From the NCBI GenBank assembly GCA_951406725.2, contig OX597832.1:31062001-31126000 (forward strand): a DNA stretch of 64,000 nucleotides, in the 5' to 3' direction. The notes under the pieces are model-generated. The model saw only the letters and a list, made by a program, of their open reading frames with translations, had not been told where the DNA came from and searched no databases. Source of the stretch: Octopus vulgaris (lineage: Eukaryota). This document shows positions 1-14,949 of this stretch, one piece after another (position 1 is the first letter of the stretch; each line of letters starts with the position of its first letter). A program made the translations under genes and the position numbers.

Positions 1-755
1 ACCACCACCACCACCACCACCACCACCACCACCTCATATACAGCACTCCTACCACCACACACACAACTACCACTCATTGCTATATAAAACCACTACATAC
101 AACCACCGCACTACTTAAACTTATTGTCCCCCCCCCCCTCGCCACTATCAAAGCACTACCTCTAACATCCACCACCACCACCACCACCATCACTAGAAGT
201 GCTGTGGTGGTGGTGGTGGTGATAGATTTATTTGTTATCTTTTGCTTGTCTGTGTGTATGTATGCATATCTGTATTTGTGTGTGTGTGTGTTGTATATCT
301 AAGGAGATAGTGTTTGTGTGTGTTTGAGGGTTGTGTGTGTATGTGTGTGTGTATGTGTGTGTGTGTGTGTGAATTATGTATGGTATGAAGTGGTATGATG
401 AGGACGTGTGTGTGTGTGTGTGTGTAAGTGGAAGGAGCTATGAATATTTTTGTATTAATGTAGTTGAGGGATTGGTGTGAGCCACATGTAAACTGGACAC
501 TGGTCAGATGACTGACCAGTTTGTGTGTGTGTGGTGGGTAAGGGGGTGGCAGATGTTGATGTTGATATACACAATTACATGGAAGGGAATAGATTGTTTC
601 TTGGAGATTTTTGAAGGAACTAAGTAAGCAACAAATACCTGTAACCATCTTACCAATGTCTTCAAGAAGGAACCAAACATTTGGAATTGAAATCATCCAG
701 TGAAGGAACCAATGATGGAAACCCTGCATAGGTCAAATCTCTCTCTCTCTCTCTC

Positions 756-803
<48 letters not shown>

Positions 804-899
804 TTGCAATGGATAAATTGTCAACATTTTACATTTTTAATTTTGTGCATGCGCATTGGCATTGTCTGTTTTTGATTTTGTTGACTACACAGTTTAGTA

Positions 900-1190
900 G
901 AGTCAGTTGGGCACCATCTGTAAGAAAAACAGCACCATGACGCAATGGTGTCACCAGCACAGGCACAGGTGCCACTTACGTGACACCAACACCAGCCCTG
1001 ACTACGATTGCACTTGGCTTGACAAGTCTTCTCCAGCACAGCCTATGGCCAGTGGTCTTGGTCATTTGTCGTCACCTCTGCTGAAGCCCAACGTTCAAAA
1101 ATCATGCTTCACCATTTGTCCCAAGTCTTCCTGGGTTTACCTCTTCCACAGGTTCCATCAACAATTCGACACGGACGAGGATATGCACAT
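900..1190 (-). mobile_element. RTE LINE 3' end fragment
   Basis: Minus strand VDGTCGRGKPRKTWDKW (the G.RPRK.W motif near RTE ORF ends), next to an RTE-tailed SINE. Confidence 0.55.
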
Positions 1191-2652
1191 GATGACGATC
1201 ATCATCATCATCATTGTTTAACGTCCGCCTTCCATGCTAGTATGAGGGGGACGGTTTGACAGGAGCTGGTCAGGCAAGGAGCCTGCATCGAATGTCTGTG
1301 TCTGTTTAGACAGGGTTTTTACAGCTGGATGCCCTTCCTAACACCAACCGCTTAGCAGAGTGGACTGAGTGATTTTTATGTGGCTCAAGCACAGGCGAGG
1401 TCAGTTTTGGCATGAGTTTTACAGCTGGATGCCCTTCCTAATATCAACCACTTTACAGTGTGGACTGGATGTTCTTTATATGGCACCAGCACTGGCAGGG
1501 TCACCAAATAATTTGCAAGACAAGGAATTATGAGAGGAGCAGGGGCATTTGAGGAGGGGGACTTATGTCAGATGATAAAAGGTTGTAGTGAGACAGAGAG
1601 GCAGAAACAGGTGTCTTGCTGTATGGAGAAGTACATGATTATCCAACCAGGGAAAGAGAGAGAGAGAGAGAGAGAGAGATGAGGACGACAGAAACAGGTG
1701 TGCTGCTGGAAAGGAGATACATGGTTAACCAACATGAGGGAAGAGGAGGAGAAGGAGAGAGAGAGAGAGAGTGGGAGGCAGCAGGAGAGAGATGATGGCA
1801 AAGTGCTGGGCATGCTCACTAGGGATGGGGACCAGAAAATAAATGGGATGGTCGAGTAAAAGAGAGGAGAAAGAAAGATGGTGGCAGGCACCAGGACATA
1901 GCCTTGAGGTACAGAAGTGATGATGTAAGTGGCAGAAGTGTGAGTAGAGAGTGGTGGTGAGGGATGCTGTACAGAGGAGGGAAGCTAATGGGTAGCAATG
2001 AATACAGTGAAGAGCCCCCACCTCCCGTGAGAACAGGATTGGGGGGTGAGAGAGAAGGAGGAAGAGATGAGATGTAGTTTGGTTTGTTGGAGTTAGCGTG
2101 TGTGTGAAAAGTTTCCTTGTTGCGTGTGAGTGGGACACACAGTGCTTCTAGAACTCAGTTTCGTTGACGTGGATCACGTCTTCTCAAGAACTTCATGATG
2201 CCAGGCATCTTGCCAGACAGATAGACACACACACACACACACATATATCATTCTGACTGAATCTTCTATGTGTTAACATGTACTGCCTTGTGACAATGTA
2301 AACTTTCATTTAATCAAGATATTCTTAGCCTGAAGAGTAGCCCGTGATCTGCACCTTGCTCAGATATCTACCACTTCTGAGGTTCCGTTCGCTATGAAAC
2401 ATATGTACCCTGGATCTTATCTACTCCATTCTTTAATTCTTGTATTCTTATTCACACACAAAGCAACCCTGGTTGCCTACCATGAAATATAAAAAGAACC
2501 TTTCTCAGTTTATTGTACTTTGATATAAAAAAAAAAATCCACAACCTTCAGTCTCAGTACACCATTACTGTTCCCAAAAGTTGGTTTTTTTATATTTACT
2601 GTGGATTGCTTGAAGCTAACTTGCTTCCTACACCTCGATCCCTGGATCTTAC

Positions 2653-2687
<35 letters not shown>

Positions 2688-3231
2688 TGTATGTATGTAT
2701 ACATACACTCAGTCAGCTACGACAATAAGGGTTCCAGCTGATCGGATCAATGGAACAACCAGTTTGTGAAATTAATGTGCAAGTGGCTGAGTACTCCACA
2801 GATACATGTAGCTTTAATGTAGTTATTAAGGAGATTTAGTGTTATACACAGAATGTGACAAGGCCTGAATTACAGCTACTTTTGTCAGCTGAGTGGACTG
2901 GAACAAAAGTGAAATAAAGTGTCTTGCTGTTGGGAATTGAACTCACGACTTTACATTCATGAGCTGAATCCCCCTAACCACTCAGCCGCATATATTCGTG
3001 TATGAAGATGGTGAATGTTCCGGTAAATATGTTATGATCAGTTATTAAACCCTAGTGAGGAGGGTGTTTAGTGTGTCTCCATCCATGAAACCTGATACGA
3101 GATAAACGTCAGTTAATAAGGGACAGAGAAATAATTATTACACTATTACAGACAATACAGGAATATATTTAACACACATACACAATACACACACACACAT
3201 AAACACACACACACACACTTTCTCTCTCTCT

Positions 3232-3286
<55 letters not shown>

Positions 3287-3579
3287 ATTATATATATATT
3301 ATATATATATATATTTATATATACATATATATATATTTATATATACATATATATACATATACACATACATATGTTTGTGTGTGTGTGTGTATATAACAGA
3401 CGCCAACATCCAGTGGAAATTAACCAGCTATAACGGGGGGGGGGGGGTTACATGAAGCAAACATGTCTTGATTACAGAGAACAGATGAACAACACATTAT
3501 TAAAAGCTCATAAACACAGACACCTCAGCATACATTACATATATCCATAAGCTAGTATTAATAATATGTTACTAAAGAT

Positions 3580-3610
<31 letters not shown>

Positions 3611-4632
3611 TACATATGTATATATATATATATATATGACTATTGACTATATCATCTATAACAAAGCTGTGAATAAACTTCACATGACTAATGTCATTGA
3701 GAAATTAATATGTAGCCATATAAGTTGTAAATCTTATGAGACCAACGTGTTACATTGGACATTCATGTATCACAGTGTAGTGTCAGATGAACATGCATCT
3801 GCAACATGGGTCTGCTGCAGTATGTCATATTGTTATATTGTTATGCAATATAGATGAAACTAGATGGAAAAAAAACCGAAACATTTGCTGCTAACACAAT
3901 TAGCTTTTATAGAATACATCCAAAATGCTAGAAGATTAATATTGGAAAATGCAATAATGGTTTCAAAGTTTGGACCAAGGCCAGCAATGTCGGAGTCGGA
4001 GCTAAGTTGACTACTTTGAGCCCAGTGTTTAACTGGTACTTATTTTATCGACCCAGAAAAGGTCGAAAGAGAAAGCTGGAATTTGAACTTAGAATGTAAA
4101 GATGGATGCAATGAATACCGCTCAGCATTCTACCTGGCTCGTTAATGATTTTGCCAGGTTGCTGCCTTTGGAAGGTAAAATAATAATTGCAGGTGGACTT
4201 AATCACATCTTTGGTTTAACACCATCACCTGGTACCCTGGGTACATTTGGTTGCAAGGATTTGGACTAAGTTTCTGGTTTGAGGATGTTTTTGCATCTAA
4301 TGTTCTGGGATGTTATTATCTTGCTTGGTAACAGGAACGGCACCCAGCTGCAGAAATCCTGACTCAACAAATTGCATCTGACCCATGCAAGAATCGAAAA
4401 GTAGATGTTAAAACAACGATGATGTCACATACTCTCTTTCCTGTGTATTTGTGTGTCTGTGTATAAATTTATGCATATGAGGGTGTGTGTGTGTGTGTGT
4501 GCGTACGTGAGTGCATGTGTGTGTGTGTGTGTGTTTGAGTGAGAAGGAAAGAGAGAGAGAGAGACATGGAAAGGACGTGAGAGAGACTGCATTATATTGT
4601 TTGTTGATCTGAAGTCTGCAGCACAAAATTGT

Positions 4633-4668
<36 letters not shown>

Positions 4669-4755
4669 GGACACACACATACATACACATGTCTGCTTGC
4701 ATTTATAATGTGCATATGTGTGATCATTGCCATTTTCTTACATGCTCTTCATAGT

Positions 4756-4816
<61 letters not shown>

Positions 4817-5025
4817 ATATGTGTGTGTATATATGGGAATGTATATATATATGGATATATAGATATATAAGTGTATGTATGTATGAATATATGTGTGTGT
4901 GTGTGTGTATGCTTATATACATATATTTATGCACATATATATATGCGTGTATAAATATATATATATATATATATCTATGGTGCATATGTGTGTGTGTGCA
5001 TGTGTATCTATGTATGTATATATAG

Positions 5026-5060
<35 letters not shown>

Positions 5061-6269
5061 CTGTGAACTGTCATTGTTGAAAGAGATAAAAAGGTAATAC
5101 AGTTTAATTTCCCTAATTGTTGGCTGATTGTCAAATTGTGTGTTGGTGTTGGTGGTGGTGGTGGTGTGCAGGCAACAATATGGTGATGGCAGTAGTGGTG
5201 GTGATGACAGCGGCGGTGGCGGTGGTGGTGGTGGTGGCGGTGGCGGTGGTGGTGGTGGTGGCGGTGGCGGTGGTGGTGGTGGTGAAAGTTCTTTGTGTGC
5301 TTCTAATATTTGCTTGTACTATTTGCTTCTTGCTCCATAGTGTGTTTATGTGTGTGTGTGTGTGTATGTGTTTGTATTAAGTGTGTTTCTGTGTGTGTGT
5401 GTGTGTGTGTGTGTAGTTGGTTGTGCATGTCTCTGCAGATCCAGAACCATGAATTATACATGTGCATGCATATGTAGTTCATTAGTTGTTTGTTTTCTGC
5501 CACATACATATACATGAGTGTGTGTACGCACATTTATATAGGTACACACACACACACACACATATAGCATGGAAAGCGGACGCTAAACGATGATGATGAT
5601 ATATATATATATACATACATGCATATACACACGCATATAGATATATATGTCTTCCTATATATTATGTATGTTATATATATACACACTTATATATTCATAT
5701 ACATGTATGTATGTATCTGTGTGTGTGTGTGTATACAGGATTATCATTATCATCCATCATCATCATCATCATCATCATCTGCTTTTTCCCAGCTTGCACG
5801 GCGACATGGACCAACCCAGTGTGAGTCAGATCTTATTCGGACTTCCAGTCTGCTGCCCCTCCCCTCCACTGACTCGGCCAGGGCCCACATATTGCAATAC
5901 GTGCCACGTTTGCATCATGGTGTGTATGATCGAATGCCCTTCCTGTTACTTGCCACTTTACAGAGTGCAATGGGTATATTTATATCTTTATTGCCCACAG
6001 GGGGCTAAACAGAGGGGACAAACAAGGACAGACAAAGGCATTACATCGACGCCAGTGCGTAACCGGTACTTATTTAATTGACCCCAAAAGGATGAAAAGC
6101 AAAGTCGACCTCACTGGAATTTGAACTCAGAATGTAATGGCAGACGAAATACCCCTAAGCATTTCACCCAACATGCTAATAATTCTGCCAGCTCGCCTTT
6201 TGGGTATATTTTATTATGGCACAAACACCAGAGAGGTTGCCATATCTCTGCCCTATGTTGTCCGTTTTT

Positions 6270-6630
6270 TCACTGGCAAGGCTGAACCTTCACAAGCATA
6301 AAAACAATCTAGCCATCATTCTAAAAGAGAAAACCTTTGTCACTAGAAGAGATAACAGTTCCCTGTTCATTTCCCCGCCTTGTTCTAACTCTGGTTACTT
6401 TGTTTCCATAACATCCCCCTCCCCTGCTAATTAGGTCCCTCAGGTAGCAAAATCTTTCCACTGTTTTTGGGGAGTATTCTGAGCATTTGAACGAATGCAT
6501 TTACATGTGTATTCTAATTGCTAAATACCATTTCTCTGCTACATAAGAAGACTACTCTCTCTGTCATCGCACTTCAGCACTTCTTCATAGTTTACTTTTT
6601 GGACACCAGATGGAATTCCTACACACTCAT
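6270..6630 (-). mobile_element. Decayed RTE-type LINE fragment
   Basis: Minus strand contains FCYLRDLISRGGGC...RVRT...KGFSFRM.ARL, resembling the RTE RT thumb region FxYLGxxI. Confidence 0.6.
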
Positions 6631-7373
6631 TGTATACATAAATACATATATATACATATAAATTCTCAGTTATACTGATAATTTCTTAAAAGAATGAAAT
6701 AGTGCTTTGCATAATTACTAGAAATTTTAAGAACTTCATAATAAATAAGCAAAATAAATTGATAACTATATGAATTCTATGCATCTTTTTCCATATAATT
6801 CTTTAATATGTGCAAACTATTCTGAGAAAAAGTATGTTTTTTAACAAGACACACACACATACACAGACACACAGATGTCTCTGTTAACTTGAGCTACTAC
6901 AAATAGCAGCCAAATCTCTCTTAAAACACACCTTTTCATCAAAAGAAGGACATAGATTTACTGTATTTTAAGACGAAAAAAACCATGTTATGGGTCTGCT
7001 ACGTCAGAAGCAACTCTGGGCTAAACAAAACATAGACAAACATACTTCCCATTAAAAGATTATCTACTAAATAATACTAATAAAGTTGATAGCATGTCTT
7101 CTAAGTTTTAATTCCTGGTAAAACTCCATGTACTTTAAGATTGTTCAGGAACAGTTGCCTCCCTTAGCTAAAGACCTCAAAATTATGCAACCCAACCTCA
7201 TTTTCAAGGTTATTTATGTGGTAAATAGAGTTGTTGTGCAAAAAACATACTTTATTTGGTAGCCGAAAGTTTACTGAATCTTTTGATACCTCATACGTCA
7301 AAATTGGCAACTCAGTTTTCGAATCCATAAGGAACATATACACACACACACACAAACTTTGTTTTATTACATA

Positions 7374-7424
<51 letters not shown>

Positions 7425-7660
7425 ATTATATAATCATCATCTTTTAACAATCATGATATATATATATATATATATACACACAGGTGCTTTTTACATATTT
7501 ATAGAGGGAATAGAAAGGGTGTGAGAATGAGCTGTGAGTGGGTGTATATATGTTTATACATACATGTGTAATACACACAGATATACATGTGTGTGTGTGT
7601 GTGTGTGTTTGTGTGTATATATGCATGCATATATATGTATAAGCAGAGACGTATATATAA

Positions 7661-7744
<84 letters not shown>

Positions 7745-7751
7745 TTATATG

Positions 7752-7819
<68 letters not shown>

Positions 7820-7909
7820 CATGCCTGTGAGTTGTGTATATATAATTAATATGCCAGAATGTATCTTCTGTCAGACAAATGTTTAAAATTCTCACAGGTC
7901 CAGAAAAGA

Positions 7910-7963
<54 letters not shown>

Positions 7964-8754
7964 ACACACACATGCTACATTGAGAGTCAGTTTTGGATGC
8001 CTTCCAAGTTGGCAGCCATCAACACACACACACACACACATTCACACAAATACAAATACATACACACGTACACACAAATACACATATGTTCATATATATA
8101 TATATATGCGCAAGTATACACTTGTACTTTTATGCACACATACAAGCACACACACACACACACACATAGACATATAAAAACATTCACACTTGTACACATA
8201 AACACACACATTACTACATGTACACACATACACATATGTGCACACACATACAAACATCAACACTTATGCAGATACACACACACACACACATAATGATTTA
8301 GGACCAAACTTTTTGGTAAACCAATTCTCCGTGGGATGGCTTTTCTAAATCCTGTCTTTTTACCCGCAGTAACTATGGAAAAGGCATGTTAGCCACTACC
8401 TCACCCAGATCTTACCCAAGCCTTCATCTCCATTATTGACTTTGTTATCTTAGGTAGAGCGTCCTTACATGGTTGCTACATCTGCTAGAAGTAGCAGTCA
8501 AGTCTCTTTTGAATCACGCCTTATGCTCTGATACAGTACAAGTTGGAGACACCTAGACAAGGCAGGATGGTCATCTTTGATGGTAGGTTTACTGGTTCAA
8601 GGCTGACCTGGGGTTATACAAAAACAGTCGTCACAATGGACTTCACTATCCCTATCATCATAACCATCATCATCATCATCACCATTTAGCTTCAATGCTG
8701 ATTGATGACAATGTGTGTGTGCGTGTAACTATCTGTCTGTGTGTCTGCCTGCTG

Positions 8755-8803
<49 letters not shown>

Positions 8804-9224
8804 CTCACTTTTTTCTCTCTTTTGCTTCTTTCAGTCATTTGACTGTAGCCATGCTGGAGCACCACCTTTAGTCGAGCAAATCAACCCCAGGACTTATTCT
8901 TTGTAAGTCTAGTACTTATTCTATCGGTCTCTTTTGCAGAACTGCTAAGTTACGGGGATGTAAACACAACAGCATTGGTTGTCAAGCGATGTTGGGGGAC
9001 AAACACAGACACAAACATATACAGACACACACACATATATACATATATACGACGGGTTTCTTTCAGTTTCCGTCTTCCAAATCCACTGACAAGGCTTTGG
9101 TTGGCTCGAGGCTATAGTAGAAGTCACTTGCCCAAGGTGCAATGCAGTGGGACTAAACTTGGAACCATGTGGTTCGTAAGCAAGCTACTTACCACACAGC
9201 TACACCTACACCTATATATATATA

Positions 9225-9500
9225 TAGCCAGCCTTGCCTGGCCTCCGTGCCTGTGGCACGTAAAAAGCACCATCCAGTCAGGGCCGTTTGCCAGCCTCGT
9301 CTGGCACCTGGACCGGTGGCACATAAAAAGCACCCACTACACTCATGGAGTGGTTGGCGTTAGGAAGGGCATCCAGCTGTAGAAACACTGCCAGATCAGA
9401 CTGGGCCTGGTGCAGCCTTCTGGCTTCCCAGACCCCAGTTGTACCGTCCAACCCATGCCAGCATGGAAAGCGGATGCTAAATGATGATGATGATGATGAT
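9225..9500 (+). mobile_element. RTE-tailed SINE family with (GAT)n tail (further copies: 1200-1500 -, 24455-24720 -, 37570-37830 +, 39175-39495 +, 45910-46147 +, 46575-46915 -, 55955-56130 -)
   Basis: Shared ggcacgtaaaaagcacccactacact...ggagtggttggcgttaggaagggcatccagctgtagaaac...ccaacccatgccagcatggaaa.cggacgttaaacgatgatgat. Confidence 0.88.
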
Positions 9501-9612
9501 ATATATATATGGAGAGAGAGAGAGAGGTAGGGGGAGATACATTTTATCCACCAATGAAGTGTTGAGCCTGCATTCTGATTGTGCGACACTAGGGTGTGCT
9601 TGTGTGCATATG

Positions 9613-9649
<37 letters not shown>

Positions 9650-11899
9650 GTAAAGTCACACACACACACAAACACAGTGTAAAATAGGAGCTGTCTGCTT
9701 TTGTAGTCTGTCAACTGTTGAAGGGTGAATGTGTTGAAAAAACGAAAAACAAACAAACAAACAAACCCCCCTTCCCCCCTCCCCCTCCCCCTTCCACTCC
9801 ATCCATTGTCATCACAGATAGAATCTGGCATTTTAGCACCATTGTCATTTACTGGTTCTGACATTCTGGTGGAGGACAGAGGGGATCAACTCTACTACTA
9901 CTACTACTACTACCATCATCAGCATCAGCATCACCACCACCACCACCACCACCACCACCATCATCGTCGTCCTCATCATGATCACTACCACCACCACCAC
10001 AACCATTGGCATTGTAGGAATCTGCAGCCTCTTCCTTTCTTCATCACCACCACCACACCTCCACCTTCACCACCACCAATATGCTCCTCCTCCTCCTCCT
10101 CCTCCTCATCATCATCATCATCATCATCATCATCACCATCAAAGTGCTTACCAGTTCCATAGTTTCAGGTCGATAATACTGGGGTGGTGGGTTGGTGGTG
10201 GTGGTGGTGGTGGTGGGGGGGCTTTCTTTTTCTGCCTTCTTGCAGAGAATGTTGCTTCTATTTCCGCTTCTTCCTGCACCATTATCAACATTCACTCACC
10301 CACCCCACCCCCTGTCCCTCCCTCTACCACCGAACTTGTCCTGTGCATGCACTCTGTCTGCACATAAGCAGATGCACATGCATTACATTCACCCACACAA
10401 TTGCATGCATGCAGATAGATATTTCATTTGCATGGTTCTGGGTTCAGTCCCACTGCGTGGCACCTTGGGCAAGTGTCTTCTACTATAGCCTCAGGCTGAC
10501 CAAAGCCTTGGGAGTGGATTTGGTAGACGGAAACTGGAAGAAGCCCGTCGTATATATGTATGTGTATTGTGTTTGTGTGTGTGTGTGTGTTTCCCCACCA
10601 CCACCACCACCATCGCTTAACAACCAATGTTGGTGTGTTTATGTCCCCATAACTTGTGGTTCAACAAAAGAGACCGATAAGCTGGCAGAACTGGTAGCGC
10701 GCCGGGCGAAATGCTTAGCGGTATTTAGTCTGTTGTTACGTTCTGAGTTCAAATTCAGCCGAGGTCGACTTTGCCTTTCATCCTTTCGGGGTTGATAAAT
10801 AAAGTACCAGTTTCACACTGGGGGTCGATGTAATCGAATTAATCTCTTTGTCTGTCCTTGTTTGTCCCCTCTTATGTTTAGCCCCTAGTGGGTAGTAAAG
10901 AAAACAAACAAAAGAGACCAATAGAATAAGTACTAGGCTTACAAAGAATAGGTTCTGGGGTCAATTTGTTTGACTAAAGGTGGTGCTCCAGCATGGCCAC
11001 AGTCAAGTAACTGTAACAACTAAAAGAATATGCTCTTGCTCTATAAATATGTACTAACATGCAGACAAGGGCATCAGCTCCTGTCAAACTGTCCAACCCA
11101 TGCCAGCATGGAAGGTGGACGTTAAATAAATGATGATGATGATGATGATGATGAAAAAGATAAGATACACATACACACACACACACATGTACACACAGCC
11201 CGACCGATGCCAACATCGTAAGAAGACATAAAAAAGATGATTATATATACATGCATATATGTATGCACAGGTGTGAGTGTGTGTGTGTTTGTGCTGTCAC
11301 ACACACACACAAGCACACACACACACAAGCACACACACACACACCGAAATTTATTAAAAGTTCAAATTGTACGCTTAAATTTCCTTTCTTTTCACTCTCT
11401 TTCATTGTTGTTGTTGTTGTTGTGGAGATTTGGGTAAGAGGAGGAGGAGGAGGAGGAGGACGGATGCTGGAATGTCATCTCTGCCAGAGTGTCTGTCGAC
11501 TTGGAATCATTGCAGTGTGTGTGTGTGTGTGTGTGTGGTGGGATGTCACCATTGAGAGGAGGTAATAATCCTCTTCTGTTGAGTGGAGGTGGTCCACCTC
11601 TTCTATATCTTTTACCTTTCACTTGTTTCAGTTGTTAGACTGTGGCCATGCTGGGGCAATGCCACGATGAAGTTGTAGTCACAAGAATCATTCCCAGTAC
11701 TTTTTTTTTTTGTTTTAAACCTGGCACTTATTCCATCAGTCACTTTTGATGAACTGCTAAGTCGATCTTTCATTCATTTCAACCACATGGCTGCAGTCAT
11801 GCTGGAGCACCTCCTTGCTTTTTCCTTTTTACATGTGATTCTTCTTTGGCTGGTTTCTTCAGGGTGGTGGGGTTCCACATCACCCCTCCTGTACATGTT

Positions 11900-13140
11900 T
11901 TTATCTTGGCTGTTGGCCTGTTTGGTGTACAAGACAGTTTGACATTGCTGCCCTCATCTGTACCTCATGCCGGGCCATTGGTTCATCAAGTGTTGGGGGG
12001 AGGAGAATGTCCAGTTCCGTTTTGAGGACACATGGTGTAGATTTCTTCATTTTTGTGGAAGAGCATCAAAGAGTTGTGACCCTAAGTTGGTTCTGGCCCT
12101 ACCTGCTTCTGACTTTAGATAGAGTGGTTGGTACCTTTGATACAATACAATGACTTCCAGTTTCGGCATTTAATAACACTCAATGCCAAAGTTAGGTACT
12201 AACCCTTCCAGAATTTTCCACGTATCTGTCGTATCTTTGCTCCAATGAGTAAACTTGTTATTTTTCCAACCTCTTCCTGCACCTCATCTGCTGCATTGTT
12301 ACAATCTTTTTAGTGCAGTGGTATTGCACTGTTTCAAGTTCTGCTGTTAGCTTGGTGCTATGTGGTGACCATAACTGGAAGCAGTTGTCCAGGTGACTGA
12401 GAACGAAGGACCTTGAAAGGGTTAACATAGCCCCTTGGTCTCTTGTCTGGAAGGACCTTAGTATCCGTCCTGCCAGTTGTCTGCACTTTATTGTCATCTT
12501 GGTAACGTGCATACGAAATGATGCACCTTTGCATATACTGATCTACAAGTCTCTCACTGCTTGTGTCTCTGGGATTGCAGTGCCTTCAGGTCTTGTATAT
12601 GTAGAATGTGGTGCATTTGTGATCTGGTAGCGCAGTGCTTGGAATTTTCTAGCATTAAACTGCTTTTATTCAGATCCCACTCTTTGCTTACAACACCATC
12701 AGGATTCTTTATTGCCTGTAATAATTTTTTGTGTCTCCTCATCATAGCTCATGATAGTGGCTGTCTGAGTGACCATGGACATGCCTAAAAGAGTAATGGT
12801 CCCACCAAAATAGCTCACCTGGGGGATGCCACTCAGAGTTTGAGTTTCCTCAGAAAGGGTACCATTGGCTGCAACCGCCTGGCTTCTGTTTTTTAGGAAG
12901 TCATGTAGCCACTCTCCCAGTGTACCAGCTGAGCCAGGATCTTGCAGATTATGACTCATCATGCTATGATCCATCTTATCAAAAGCCTTTGCAAAGTCAA
13001 AATGTATCACACAGACATCTGAAGAGTCAAGCAGCTGTCCCAAAACCCAGTCGTAGTGCTGTAAGAGCTGTGTGAGGCAGTTTCTTCCCAGACAGAAATC
13101 ACACTGTGTGGTTCAGTATGTCATTTCCTTCAGTCAGGCA
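11900..13140 (-). mobile_element. Decayed non-LTR retrotransposon (CR1/Jockey-group) reverse transcriptase and C-terminus
   Basis: Fragments DVCVIHFDFAKAFDKMDH, WLHDFLKNRSQAVAANG...SGIPQ and AGRILRSFQTRD...SHLDNCFQLWSP. Multiple stops and frameshifts. Confidence 0.88.
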
Positions 13141-13775
13141 TTTTTGAAAATAACATTCTGATTTCCGGAGCATAACAACCCAAAAATTATAAACAAATTT
13201 AAATAGGGACAAAGATTGAGTTGTGTTCTACCTTTCATGGTATTTGAAACCGTGTCCTAACTTTACATTAAATAAGATTATAAAATGAGGAATTTTACTA
13301 AATACAGTGTTCTTTTACTCTTTCAATTGTTTCAGCCATTTGACTGCGGCCATGCTGGAGCACCACCTTTAGTCAAACAATCTGACCCCAGGACTTATTC
13401 TTTGTAAGCCTAGTATTTATTCTATTGGTCTCTTTTAAACACACCAGCATCAGTTGTCAAGCGATGTTGGGGGGGCAAACACAGACACACAAACATATAG
13501 ACACGCACACACACACACACACACATATATACATATATATGACGGGCTTCTTTCAGTTTCCGTCTACCAAATCCACTCACAAGGCTTTGGTTGGCCTGAG
13601 GCTATAGTAGAAGACACTTGCCCAAGGTGCCACGTAGTGGGACTGAACCCAGAACCATGTGGTTGGTAAGCAAGCTACTTGCCACACAGCCACTCCTATG
13701 CCTATATAAAAATGATGAATGAGAACATTCATATTGCGTATGAGAGAAAGAAAATGAATTGGTGTAGAAGAGAGA

Positions 13776-13817
<42 letters not shown>

Positions 13818-14455
13818 ATTGGTGTAGAAGAGAGAGAGAAGGGATGATGCTACCATTTTATTACAATTATCAGTCTTCCAGCATCTCTCTTCCCAAATCC
13901 ATCCTGTTTTGCTCCAGAGGCATCATTGGAACCAGAGACTTACCTTTTCTTTCACAAATCATTACGGGACAGTTTTTTTAGAATTCTCTGCATGTTTTGG
14001 AAAACATTCATTAGTAAAGAGAAACACTCCAAGACAAACAAACAACCAATCGTCAGGGTTTATAGATATTGATAGTATATATAAAAATCCTCTCCCCCCT
14101 CTCTCCGCTCCATTAAACTTGCAGAGATTACGAAAGATTCATAATAAATGTCAGCTGACAGACTGAGTCTATGTAACAACACTATTGATCCTAAATCTGC
14201 TAAATGGATCTCGTGCTATCAGCTTCCATCTTCTATTTGTTATATTAAAATCCATCTTTGTCCCTCACATTACAATCTTTTTCTCATATTTATTCACAGA
14301 ACGACACACCATTTTTATTGTTTGATCTTGTTTGCGAGTTGTTTCGGTTTTTTTTTTTTTATAATTTCTTCCTCCCCCCCACTTCTGAGTTTGTATTTTT
14401 TATTGTTTTATTGTTTGTATTATTTCTCTTGTGTTTCTCTTTTACTCTGTCTGTT

Positions 14456-14495
<40 letters not shown>

Positions 14496-14762
14496 GGGTT
14501 TATGTGTTCTATATCACCATGGCAATATTCAGCATCATAAATTGAGATGGATTGTTTTGTGTTTTTGGTGTTGTTCTTGTTTCTGTGGCAAATTTGATTC
14601 ATTTCTAGATTGTCTCAGTAATATGTGTGTGTGCATGTGTGTGTGTGTGTGTATGTGGCGTGTGCGTGAGAGCATGTGTGTGTTTATGTGTGTGCATGTA
14701 TTTGTGTTGTGTATATGTGTATGTATGTATATATGTATGTGTGTGTGCGTATTTATGTGTGA

Positions 14763-14842
<80 letters not shown>

Positions 14843-14949
14843 ATGTATGTGTATGTGTGAATTTATATATAGATATATATTTATAAAATGGCTGGTAGTT
14901 TATATATCCCAAAAGAAGCAAGCACTAAAACATTAGAGTAGTAATCTCC

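Noticed and set aside
3636-3857. 73-aa non-repetitive plus-strand ORF as a METTL4 5' exon
   Set aside because: No similarity to recalled METTL4 N-terminal motifs and no phase-0 donor linking it to exon A.
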